A DNA stretch of 64,000 bases, from assembly GCA_951406725.2 (NCBI GenBank), contig OX597827.1, positions 61,380,001 through 61,444,000 of the forward strand, in the 5' to 3' direction. The notes beneath the pieces are model-generated. The model was not told the origin of the DNA, did not search any database, and saw nothing but the letters and a program-made list of their open reading frames with translations. This document shows, in pieces, positions 51,471 to 63,953 of the stretch (its first letter is position 1; the number at the start of each line of letters is the position of its first letter). A program made the translations under genes and the position numbers. This stretch comes from Octopus vulgaris (taxonomy: Eukaryota).

Positions 51471-51627
51471 CGGACTTCTTTCAGTTTCCGTCCACCAAAT
51501 CCTTTCACAAGGCTCAGGTTGGCCCGAAGCTATCGTAGTAGACACTTGCCCAAGGTGCCCATGCAATAGAACTGAATCCGGAACCATGTGGTTGGGAAGC
51601 AAGCTTCTTACCGTAGAGCCACGCCTA
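50835..51627 (-). mobile_element. SINE family A split by an insertion
   Basis: Tail half 50835-51035, head half 51468-51627. Confidence 0.8.
51058..51436 (+). mobile_element. Insertion (Helitron-like 5' part) inside a SINE microsatellite
   Basis: Begins tatataaaatccgttctgtcagtctgt and splits the SINE at 50835-51627 into two halves. Confidence 0.45.
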
Positions 51628-52062
51628 TATATATATATGTGTGTGTATGTGTGTGTGGTGGAAGTCCTGGGTATGACATTAAACTACATCTGGTAGCGGG
51701 GTCTGATTCAGAAGTTTCAGGATTTCGAGGAGTGTAGAACCACCACCTTAGTCACTATATGTTCCCAGGTTTTCTATTCTGACCCAGAGTAGTAGCACCT
51801 GCCAGGGTACCAGCTATAGGTTAACCCATGTACTGACAACGGGAAATGAAGGACCCCTTACAGCTAGTTAGAACTTCCTTCTAAAAATTAAACTCGTATA
51901 AGAAAAAAGAACTGAAGTGTAGTTGGTTTCTGGTCGTATCAACCTCCATTGTGTCACTGGTGATTTTGCTTGCACAACACTTTACCGACTCGAGACAAAT
52001 TCATGAACTTGGACTCTTGATTCTAAAGAGTCATCCTACTCTGTTACGAGTCGACTTCCATC

Positions 52063-52094
<32 letters not shown>

Positions 52095-52099
52095 TCTTC

Positions 52100-52265
52100 T
52101 ATTCTTTTACACGTTTCAGTCATTTAGCTGCGGCCATGCTGCAGCACCGCCCTAAAGAGTTTTAGTCGAAGAAATCTACCCCTAGGAATTATTATTTGTT
52201 AGCCTAGTACTTATTCTATCGGTCTATTTTGCCGAACTGCTAAATTACGGGGGCATAAACACACC
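52100..52265 (-). mobile_element. SINE family A 3' half
   Basis: tttcagtcatt...agcctagtacttattctatcggtc. Confidence 0.75.
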
Positions 52266-52416
52266 TTCATGTTTGAGGCACTCAAGTAAATGAGTCCACC
52301 ACAGCTTACAGTGGAAACAGCTGTAAGCTAACGAAATTCAGACGACAATCGTTTATTCCTTTGTCACCTCATTTTCTTTCACACACGCACACATAGTTCG
52401 AAACGGCAGTAAAGAA

Positions 52417-52503
52417 GGACTCTGACGAAACTGCAACGAACATGAGACCACGTTGCAGATCTAACAAGGGTGCAGTCGATGCAGTTGAAACGCACGTAGG
52501 TGC
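52417..52503 (+). ncRNA. Type I hammerhead ribozyme motif
   Basis: ggact-CTGACGA(52422-52428)-aactgca...tgcagtt-GAAA(52487-52490)-C gcac G-TA-ggtgc. Perfect 7-bp stem II base, weak stem I. Confidence 0.6.
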
Positions 52504-52662
52504 AGAAAAGGATGCTGTAAATAACTGATTAATAAAATTAGGGATGTGAAAAATCTCCGTTCTCCTTATCATTATTAATATTATCGCACCCAAGATTTTT
52601 CAGTTAAAATCGAGTATAAAATAATCCGCTTTTACATAAGTACATACATATAGATGTGCACA

Positions 52663-52717
<55 letters not shown>

Positions 52718-53299
52718 TATATACATATATATATATATGTGTGTGTGTATATATATATATTTATAATGTACACATATATATGCAATATATATATACACAT
52801 ATCTTTATAAGTTTACGGTTTATACATAGATGCATACATGCATGTATGCAAGCACACATTTATGTATAAGTCGCATCCGTTTTCTTTTTCTTTTTTTTTT
52901 CGGCGGGGGTGGGGTCAATATGACATATGACCAACGTTGAACCCCTTATTATTATTATTATTATTATTATTAAAAATCATGTACAACTTTATATATGACA
53001 AAATACTGTACCTTTTTTCGTTTTGTCCCCTTCGCTTCTCTCTACACTCACACTCCCCCCCCCCCCTTCTAACTCCGCTTACAATCACTCTCTGGTAATA
53101 GTCATATCTCTCTAACATGATAATTCTTTATAACCATTATTTGCTTACAGTCACACATTTTAATTTTTATTTTTTTTTATTTATATTTTTACTCCTTTCA
53201 TATATATTCTTACATCTCTGCTTGTCTCTCTCCCCACCACCACCACCATCTGCTTAAAGTCATCATCATATTCTTACTTATCACTTCGCTTAAAGTTAT

Positions 53300-53337
<38 letters not shown>

Positions 53338-53569
53338 CTTATCACTCCACTTTAGTTATCTTTCTACTGTCACTGCACTTCGCTGAATGTCATCTTTTAT
53401 ATATAGATATACATATAAAAAATTACTTTAAGCGAAGTGCAACATTTATATGTATATATATATAATTCCACTCCTTGCAACCGCTTTCCTTTCAAAAGGA
53501 TCTCCATACCTATATTAATCCATATTCAGTAACTCCGCTTACAGTCAATGTCTAATGCACATACAATCA

Positions 53570-53940
53570 TACGTTACTGGGCGTGGCTGGGGGTACTGAC
53601 ATGTATGTGCAAAACTGGTAACAGACTCAGGCCAGATGTGAAATATATGTCCATTTTTATTACGTAATAGCCCCCACTGATACACACACACATCTCCAGC
53701 CCCCGGCCAGATGTGAGCTATATAACCCTTTCCAGCTGGCAACAACCCGGCAGGTCAGATGTGACATCTACGTTATGTTCCATATCATTAACGTCATATC
53801 ACCACCTTTTGCAGTTTCAGCTTGGTAAATCAACTGGTAGTTGTCCCAGGACAGCTGTGAAATGTATGCACTGGTTGAAAAAAACAAAACTGACATTGCA
53901 CCAGACGTGATATCTAAGCCCTAATTCAACTGGCAACAAG
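53570..53940. promoter_or_regulatory. Candidate intronic enhancer: E-box cluster
   Basis: CAGATG at 53633, 53708 and 53756 (each CAGATGTGA), CAGCTG at 53733 and 53852, CAACTG at 53831 and 53927, ATTACGTAAT at 53659. Confidence 0.45.
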
Positions 53941-54173
53941 TCCAAGCAGAACCTAAATGCAGGGATCATTTCAAACTGCTCCTTAATATTTCAGTAATCA
54001 GAGTTGAATACATATTACTTATACATGGGCTACAGGTGTGTATGTGTATGGTGCATGTAGTATATAAGAAGCATTTATATGAAACAGAACAAAAGAAAGG
54101 GACTAGAACGAGTCATTAAAAAAAATATCAAGACTAATTAGTCATCAAAGGGTCTCCCTCTTTGCTTCCAAAT

Positions 54174-54380
54174 CAGTCGTTCTCAAGCATCTCTTTGCCT
54201 GTGTGGACCCTTTTGATTCCTATTCTACTCGAATGGCCCCTCATAGCCATTTGATGTTTAAAAATCCCATCATATTTTTATAATTAAATGCTATTAGGAA
54301 CTGTATAAAAAAAAAATTTAAATATTTTGTGTATTGTAGAAAAATAACCGGTTTAACGCGCAATCTTACTTGGACCCTTA
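54174..54380. mobile_element. Partial inverted copy of the same hAT MITE
   Basis: cagtcgttctcaagcat...tggacccttttgattcctatt matches the reverse complement of 46390-46439. Confidence 0.6.
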
Positions 54381-54644
54381 AGGGTAACAACCTTTGTCCT
54401 GTTTAATTCTGATAGGGGAAAATAGACTTATATATATATATATATATATATATATTTAAAAAAAACAAAGTACTCGACCAACTGACATACCTGCCTTCTT
54501 ACTTTGTTCTCTTATAGCTTAGCTACAAGTGGTGTATATATATTATACACAATCTGTGCGTTTTACTAGGGCAATAATCTTGGCTTATTAATAATCAATC
54601 ACTTGGAATGGTCTTATATATAATTCACGTTTGTAAAAATAATT

Positions 54645-55105
54645 CTTTCTGTTATAGGCACAAAGCCTGAAATTTTTTGGGGGAAATGAAGCTCGGCGAT
54701 AAGATCAACTCAAATATTCAATTAGTACTTATTTTATCGACCACGAAAGGATGAAAGGCAAAGTCGACCTTGGCGGGATTTGAATCCAGAGCGTAAAGAG
54801 CCGGAAGAAATTTGACCGGGGCGCTAACGATTCCGCCAGCACGCCGCTTTAATAATAATAATGATGATGATGATGATGATGATGATCCTTTCTGCTACAG
54901 GCTCAAGGCTTGAAATTTTTAAGGGAGGGGCATAGTCGATTACCTTTGACCCCAGTACTCAACCGGTACTTATTTTAACGCCCCCCACGAAGCATAAAAG
55001 GCTAAGTCGACCTTGACGACATTTGAACTCAAGCACGCGATGAGTAGGAAGAAATTGCCGTTAAGCGTCCGACAAGTTAGCAATTCTGCTTTGCTCGCCG
55101 CCTTA
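54645..55105 (-). mobile_element. Two SINE family B copies
   Basis: Family B core twice, separated by (TAA/TGA)n. Confidence 0.75.
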
Positions 55106-56167
55106 ATAATAATAATAAAAACTAATGGTTTAATTTTTTTTTTTTTTTTGAAATGCTTCATTTCGCTTATAAACACTTAAGCGAAAGCGGTGTAGTAGTA
55201 AAGACTCATTCGTTATTCAGTTTACAGTAATTTTAACAATCAACTTCTAAAAAAAAACCTAATCACTCACATACACTGCTTACAGTCACACTTTATTGGA
55301 TTTTCATGTTATTTTTTTTCAGTATTTTTCTCTTGGCATAACTTTCACTTACGATCACACGTAATTTTTTAATAAGGGGAACCCAAGAAGCGAGGTACGG
55401 TGGTTGTTTATTGACGTTGTTCTCCTTCATGCACACATTGCAGTCACACCTTTTTTTTATATATTTTCGTGAGAAGGGGGTGAGGACGTGTATAAGCTGT
55501 ACGGAAAGCTTTACATTTGAATTTTTCTTTTTTCGCTTGTCTTGCAGTTGTTAACAACGTTTTAATCGTATCTTTCGTAACATTCTCATATTTTCCACTT
55601 AACAATATTTTTCACTGATCTAAGTGAATTTAACGACCAATTAATAATAGTCACACTATCGCTTTATTATATATATTTCACAGCCTTTATTTATTTATTT
55701 ATTTATTACGGATACAGGAGAGTTAGATTAAAGAAAGAACGGATTAACTATGTTAATCAGCTTAACATCCGCTAGATTTTTTTTTTTAATTTAATTAAAG
55801 TCAATCATAGACACACCGTTCTTTACAATCACACTTAATGACTATTCTGTGCAGGTGGTACAGACTATAGTGTTGTTGCTGTTGGTGTCGGAGGCGGCGG
55901 TGGTTGTAACTGTAAGAGCGGTTGGATGGATGGATGGACGGTGAAAGAGAATGAGGTACGAGAAAATAAATTAGGCATATACACACGTAACATCTGATGT
56001 GACAGTATCAGGAACCTGGTTGTATATAATATTATGTATGTGATAATCCGATGTGATTATCAAATGAATTTGTTGGTGAGTTCGATAGGTGTGTGTGTGT
56101 GTATATGCAGTATACATGCATAATATATATGTATGCAGTATGTATACATTCTCTTTCTTTCTCTCTC

Positions 56168-56223
<56 letters not shown>

Positions 56224-56225
<2 letters not shown>

Positions 56226-56366
56226 GGAGTAAACACATAAATGTGAAACAAGGTGGAAAAAAGAGTACTCAAATACCAGTGGTAGAGTAGCAAAAACTGT
56301 CTGATGAACGGCAACGAGAAACTCAGAGTAACAGATTTTGTTGAATTTTCTGCTGCTTTAAATAAA

Positions 56367-56367
<1 letters not shown>
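56224..56367 (+). mobile_element. Penelope-like pLTR fragment inserted in (TA)n
   Basis: About 145 bp of non-simple sequence containing the hammerhead, with (TA)n on both sides. Confidence 0.5.
56293..56339 (+). ncRNA. Minimal type I hammerhead ribozyme motif in a Penelope-like remnant
   Basis: aaaactgt-CTGATGA(56301-56307)-acg gcaa cga-GAAA(56318-56321)-ctcagag-TA-acagatttt. Stem I ctgt/acag, GNRA-capped stem II with a mismatched closing pair, quasi-palindromic stem III. Confidence 0.75.
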
Positions 56368-56408
<41 letters not shown>

Positions 56409-57023
56409 TGACAGCAAGAGCGACAGAGAGATAGTGATCACTAGATCGATACATAGAGACAGAAAACATACACAGATACAAACATATAGATGGACAAATC
56501 AATATATATAAAGTAAGAGAGAGAGAGAGAAAGAGAGAGAGACAAACACATCGATAGATAGACGAGGAGATCAATGAACAAATCGATAAAAAAAAATAAT
56601 AGCCGAACAAAGTAAACCAATAGATAGGGAAAATATACAAATCGTTGTGACAACGACAGGTAGAAAAAACAGAATAAAAGAAACAGGTAGATAGATCAAT
56701 ATGTATGCAGGTGTGTGTGAGTGCATATATGTATGTATGTTTGCATGCATGTATGTATGTATGTATGTATGTTTGCATGCATCTATGTATGTATGTATAT
56801 AGACAGATCGAGGAAAGTAATAATATATAGATTCATAATAATTAGAGAGAGAGAGAGAAAGAATGAGAGAGATCGGTGTAAAGAAATGAGAAAGAGAGAC
56901 ACGAAGAGAGAAAATGATAGACAAGCGACAGACAGTTGAATATAAACAGCTTGACGAATAGCTGGTTGGATTATTACATATAAACAGCGGAAAAGCTAAG
57001 GTGATAAAGGCCGCCGTTCTTAC

Positions 57024-57066
57024 CTCCGAGAATCAGCACACGAGCACGCCGTCCACCATCGGCCAT
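57024..57066 (-). CDS. Putative first coding exon of a Rossmann-fold (NAD-dependent epimerase/dehydratase/SDR-like) gene
   Basis: Minus strand reads aacATGGCC GAT GGT GGA CGG CGT GCT CGT GTG CTG ATT CTC GGA G|GTAAGA = MADGGRRARVLILG+G. Good start context, canonical donor, phase-1 intron. RVLILGG fits the first beta-strand and start of the GxxGxxG loop. In-frame upstream ATG at 57075. CpG-rich unique sequence. Only 14 codons, so the product is an inference. Confidence 0.6.
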
Positions 57067-57339
57067 GTTAGTCATTCCAAATCATGTGACTGAAAACTCT
57101 TTGCAGACAGACCGGCAGGGAGGGAAGAGAGGGAGGGAGGGATGGAGGGAGGATTGAGGGCGTGGGGGGGAAGGGAAGGTAAGGGGAAGGAGAGAGGGAG
57201 AGGGAAGAAGGGGAGGAAGAGGAGGATAAGGTTTGACTGAACTAGAGGGAAAAGGGGAAGAGGAGGAGGAGGAGGGGGATTTTGGGGGGTTTTTCTTTTT
57301 TTTTTTTTCTTTTCAGTTTTGAAAAAGCGAGAGGAAAGT

Positions 57340-57584
57340 GGGAGGGAAAAGGAAAGTGCAGCAACAGCAGCAGCAGCAAAGAAGAAGAAGAAGAAGAAGA
57401 ACAATAACAACAACAACCACAACAAGAAAATGTTGCTGCTGCTAATCGTGATGTTGATGGTGGTGGCTTCTGTTGTTTTAACTGAGGTTGTCAGTGGCAG
57501 TGGAGAGTTGGAGGTGATAATAATAATAATAATAATAACAATTATTATTATTATTGTTGTTGTTGTTGTAGAAGCAGCAGCAGC

Positions 57585-57624
<40 letters not shown>

Positions 57625-59910
57625 ACGACGGTGGTGGTGGTGGTTGAGGTGATTGAAGTAGAGATAGTCTTAGCGGCGGTGGGGGGGGGGGTGCGATGGT
57701 GGTTACTGTTGATGTAACTAAGGTTGTTGGTATCGTTGGTGGTGGTGGTGGTGGTGGTGGTAGTGGTAGTCAATGGAACAAATAGTGCTGGTGGTAGTGG
57801 TGAAGGAGCTGATGGTTATGACGGTGGTGGAGAAAGCGGTGATGGTGGTGATGGCGGTAGTGATTGTCCTAGCGATAATAGTGCTAGTTGAGTTGGCGGC
57901 GGCGGTGGTGGTGATGGTGTCGTTGTTGTTGTTGGTGGTGGTGGTGATGAGCGGGTAACTTGAATTGTGGTGGCGATGGTGATGGTAATAATGATAGTGA
58001 TAGCGGTGGTGGTGATGATGGCGGTGGGGGTGGGGGTGGGGCTGGCGATTGAGTTTTATTGATGGTGATGATGGTGGTGGATGCGAAGATGGTTGCAACA
58101 TTGGGGTGAAACCGATGGTGAGCAGCGGTGATGTACTTTAGCCCTAGGTCAACCTGGTCGAGCAAAAACTACGCCGAGTCTTTGATCTGATCAAAGGCAT
58201 TCCAGCCATGACGATCACTGTGATTTTAAGGTATACGGAAGAAGACTACATTTACGCTTGTCTGTGCTCATTACGAAGGTAAGACGTAACCAGGGGGAAA
58301 TTTGACTGCTATGTCTAGCAGGTTGTTTGACCACATAGTGGCTCCTTATTGGCTCAGAGGTCGTCATGGTGGTGGTGATAGTGGGGGGGTGACGATGGTC
58401 GTGGTGGTGATGGTGGTGGCGGCAGTGGTGGTGACGACGAAGGTGGACTTCGTAAGGAAGACAGCGACAGTAACGTGATCAATGCAGCAGTAGTAGTGGT
58501 GGTGGTGGTGGTAGTGGTGATGGTGGTGGTGGTGGTGGTGGTGGTGGTGGTGGTAGTGGTGGTAGTGGTAGTAGTAGTAGTAGTAGTAGTAATTTGTAAG
58601 GTGGTGGTGGTAGTGGTGAAAGGAGTGTGCAGATAGATATTGGTTTAGTTTAAAGGGAGGAGCAACGGGGTGAAATGTAAATGGTGGTGGTGGTGGTGGT
58701 GGTGGTGGTGGTGACGTCGATAGAGATAGTGAAAGTGATAGTCGTAGTGATGGTGGTGGAAGTGGCAGTGATAGGGAGAGGGGTAGTTTTGCTGATAGTG
58801 ATGGTAGTAGACATTTATGTTGTTGTTGTTGTTGTTGACGGCGGCGGCGGCGGTGGTGTCGGTAGTAATGGTGGTGGTGGTGGTGGCAGCGGTGGTGGTA
58901 GCATCAGCTATGGCGCATATGATGGTGATGATGATGGTAGTGGTGGTGATGATGGTGGTGATGGTGGTGGCAGCGGTGACGGCTGAGGTAGTGATCGACT
59001 TGATAGTGGTAGTGATGGAGAATGGTAGTTGTGGTGGTGGTAGTGATGGTGGTGATGGTGGTGGTAGTGGTGGTGGTGATGGTGATGGTAGTGGTGGTGG
59101 TGGTGGTGGTGGCAGCGGCGGTGGCTGAGGTTGGTGATCGAGATGATAGCAGTGGTAGTGATGGAGAATGGTGGTGGTGGTGGTGGAGGCGATGGTGGTG
59201 GTAGTGATGGCGGGGATGGTGGTATGTAGTAACGATAGTATTTATCGTTCGTTACTATTATTGCTATTACTATTTAGCCACAGGTCAATCCTGATGCAGC
59301 AGACAGATCTATTATTGATCAAAGGCATACCATCTGTGTCCATCGCGTCTTTGTTCCTATATGCAAGGTAATACCCAGCATCACATAATTAAACGAGACG
59401 GCAGCGCTTGATTTCAGGAAGATTTTGGCTGCTATTTCTAGCAGATGGAGCGATTGCTTCGGAAGCTCGTTAACTCAATGGCAGTGGTTGTTGTTGTTGT
59501 TGGCTGCGGCGGCGGCGGTTGTGGTGGTGGTGGTGGTGGTGGTGGTAAGAGGGAGTGGTGTTGAAAGATGAGGGGGTTGGCGTTGGGGTAGGAGCTGTTG
59601 TTTAAGATTGTAGTGGTAGCTGTAGTAGTGATACGCGGTGGATGTAATAATGATTGCAATGGCAGCGGCGGTGGTGGTCGTCGTGGTCATGGTGGTCGTT
59701 GTGGTCGTCGTGGAGGGAGACGGTGACGGGGGCGGAGAAGGAAAGAGCGATTGGAGCAGGCGGAGCAGACGGAGGTGGAGGAAGAGGAGACGACGACCAC
59801 CACCAGCACCACCACAGCCGAGAAAACGATGACAATGAAGCTGGTACTGCTGTTGTTGTTGATGATAATGATGATAATGATGATGGTTGTGTGTGGTGGT
59901 GGTGGTGTGA
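57340..59910. repeat. (GGT)/(GAT)/(GTA) trinucleotide-rich region upstream of the exon
   Basis: Direct inspection. Confidence 0.85.
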
Positions 59911-60209
59911 CGATTAGATTACTGCTGATCGTAATGTGTGTGTGTGTATGGGAGGGGGAGACAGGCGAGGTGTTGTCTCCGCGTTAATGTGTGCTTATAT
60001 GTATGCATGAGTGCGCACATAAGTGTGTAGATGTGCGCGTTTGTGAAGTGTGTGTGTATGAAGTGTGAAGTGTGTGTGCGTGTCTGCGTGTGTGCAGAAG
60101 AAGGTAACAATGAGGAAGAAAGAAAAAAAATAACAGAGACGAAGAAAGAGAGACAGAGACAGTCAGTGATTTAATGCGATGATATTAAAATCAACGTTGA
60201 TGATGATGG

Positions 60210-60243
<34 letters not shown>

Positions 60244-60829
60244 CGTGATGATGATGATGATGATGATCGTGATGATGATGATGATGATGATGTGGTGATG
60301 GTTAAGATGAAGGTGGAGGGTGTCAAGGTAACAAGAACGAATATTGTGTTTGCATGTATGCGTACTTCTTTGTGTGCGTTCGTGTGCATTTGTGTGTGTG
60401 TGTACAGTCAACTGATGTGTGTATACCCAGAAGGATATGAATGCGTATGCGCGTACGCATATCTATGTACACACACACACACACATATATATATATGTAC
60501 ACACAATGTATGTACAGACAATGTATGTACACCCATACACACATACATAAACAGATACATGTATACATACGTGTATGTATATGTGTGTCTGTATGTATGT
60601 GCATGTAGACATACATACACACACATACATACGTACATACATACATGTATACATGTATGTACGAATGTACGTATAGACATACATACAAACGTACGTACCT
60701 ATGTACATACATGCATACTTACATACATACATACGTACATACATGCATGCACACACACACATGTATGTACGTATAGTCGGATGGATGAGTCTCAGGAGAA
60801 AGGATTCGTGACTAAGCCCATATAACGAC

Positions 60830-60927
60830 GATGATGACGATGATAATGATGATGATGATGATGATGATGATGGTGATGATGATGGTGGTGGTGGTGGTGG
60901 TGGTGGTGGTGGTGGTGGTGGTGGTGG

Positions 60928-60971
<44 letters not shown>

Positions 60972-61020
60972 GTGATGATGATGGTGGTGGTGGTGGTGGT
61001 GGTGGTGGTGGTGGTGGTGG

Positions 61021-61075
<55 letters not shown>

Positions 61076-61286
61076 GGTGGTGGTGGTGGTGGTGGTGGTG
61101 GTGGTTATGATGATAATGATGATGATGATGATGATGATGATGGTGATGATGATGGTGGTGGTGGTGGTGGTGGTGGTGGTGGTGGTGGTGGTGGTGGTGG
61201 TGGTTATGATGATGATGATGATGATGATGATGGTGATGGTGGTGGTGGTGGTGGTGGTGGTGGTGGTGGTGGTGGTGGTGGTGGTT

Positions 61287-61336
<50 letters not shown>

Positions 61337-61389
61337 GGTGGTGGTGGTGGTGGTGGTGGTGGTGGTGGTGGTGGTGGTGGTGGTGGTGG

Positions 61390-61444
<55 letters not shown>

Positions 61445-61477
61445 GGTGGTGGTGATGATAATGATGATGGTGATGAT
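60830..61477. repeat. Higher-order compound repeat of alternating (GAT)n and (GGT)n blocks
   Basis: About 7 GAT-block/GGT-block cycles, several with the same isolated GGT a few triplets before the GGT block. Confidence 0.95.
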
Positions 61478-61564
61478 TCAAGTTACAACCTTTTGTGGTT
61501 GAAAAAATGATTGGGTTGGTGTTGGTGCCAGTGTTGGCAGTACTAGACATAAAGGTGTGTTTGT

Positions 61565-61586
61565 GTGTGTGTACACACACACAAAA

Positions 61587-61627
<41 letters not shown>

Positions 61628-61857
61628 CAAACACACACATGCATATACAGACACATATATACATACATGCATTATACATATAAATATATATATATATGCA
61701 TATTTATACATATATATATACATATACACACACATATATACACATATATATACATACAATATATATATAAATATATTTATAAATATATTTATATATATAC
61801 ACATACATGTATGTATATATATATATGTATGCATTATATATATATATATACACATAC

Positions 61858-61898
<41 letters not shown>

Positions 61899-61995
61899 CA
61901 TATATATACATATATATATGTATATATACATATATATAAACATATATATATATATACACACACACACATATATATATACATATATATATATACAC

Positions 61996-62028
<33 letters not shown>

Positions 62029-62157
62029 TATATATATATATATATATATGTATGTGTATCTATATATGTATGTGTATATATATGTATTTGTATCTATATA
62101 TGTATGTGTATATATATGTATGCATTATATATATATATATACATACATATACATATG

Positions 62158-62235
<78 letters not shown>

Positions 62236-62290
62236 TACATATATATATACATATATATATATATACATATCTGTGTATGTGTGTGTGTGT
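61565..62290. repeat. (TA)n/(CA)n compound microsatellite
   Basis: Direct inspection. Confidence 0.95.
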
Positions 62291-62418
62291 AGGTGCAACA
62301 CAAGTAAATATGTTTACCAGGATACATGAGTAATTATATGTGCATTGTACATGTAGACGTATGTGTGTGTATCTGTGTGTTTATGCAAGCATACATATGC
62401 GTTTGTGTGCATGCGCTT

Positions 62419-62453
<35 letters not shown>

Positions 62454-62732
62454 ACAATGGGGCAAAGTATTCATTGCTTTTCAAAACCTTTTCGTACTTC
62501 TTATCTCCATGACAAACAAAACAGACTGGGGAAAAAAAAAACAGAAAAAAAATAGGATGAAGAGGGAAGCATCTAACATTCGACACGTTAGAAATAACGG
62601 CTAAATGTACCTCGAACAGTGGTGCCCTGCCGTTCTACACAACAGAACGTGCAAGTATGCACAAACATGCACATACATATACACACATGTAGGTGAATGC
62701 GTGTGTGTGTGTGTTTGGATAGATAGATAGAT

Positions 62733-62874
62733 ATGTTTCTTTATTAGCCACACAGGGCTGCACACAGATAGAACAAATTACAAGGTAGAGCTTTTCTTTT
62801 GAAGGTTTAAGAAAGAAAAAAAAAAAAAAAAAAAAAAAAAGGGGGAGTTTCGATCAAAAGGGATCGTAAAAGGA

Positions 62875-62875
<1 letters not shown>
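62733..62875 (-). mobile_element. LINE-like 3' tail inserted in (GATA)n
   Basis: Minus strand ends tctgtgtgcagccctgtgtggctaataaagaaa. (GATA)n on both sides. Confidence 0.55.
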
Positions 62876-63427
<552 letters not shown>

Positions 63428-63428
<1 letters not shown>

Positions 63429-63730
63429 GAGAACACCTATGCTGAACTATTGAGAAATATGCAGTTACTCTATCCAGAATACAAGTTTAGGTTTATATCT
63501 ATAGTTAATGAGGGCCTGGGATATGTAACACACTGCCTAAAATCCAATCTTGAGGAATTAGGCTTCTCAAAACCCGAAAGCAGAAAGCTAATTCAGAGAC
63601 TCCAGATACGATCCATCACTGGAACTGTAAAAATCTGTAAAACTTTCCAGAAGTTTATCATTTAAATATATATCAGCATGTATAGATATGCAACTATATG
63701 CATAAGAATACATACATAAAACATACAAAT
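63428..63730 (+). mobile_element. 5'-truncated R4/Dong-like 3' end
   Basis: ENTYAELLRNMQLLYPEYKF...LQIRSITGTVKICKTF* aligns with the 34750-34965 peptide. Begins directly after (CATA)n. Confidence 0.8.
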
Positions 63731-63734
63731 CTGC

Positions 63735-63873
63735 ACGCTTGCTTATGAACCACATGGTTCCGGGTTCAGTCTCACTGCGTGGCACCTTGGGCAAGTGTCT
63801 TAGCCCCAGGCCGGCCAAAGCCTTGTGAGTGGATTTGGTAGACGGAAACTGAAAGAAGCCCATCGTATATATG

Positions 63874-63953
<80 letters not shown>

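Noticed and set aside
57072-57773. 233-aa ORF upstream of the exon
   Set aside because: Trinucleotide and purine/pyrimidine tracts; it stops at 57072 in a different frame from the Rossmann-like exon.
60792-61679. 295-aa poly-His ORF as a gene
   Set aside because: Built entirely from microsatellites, with no splice or domain evidence.
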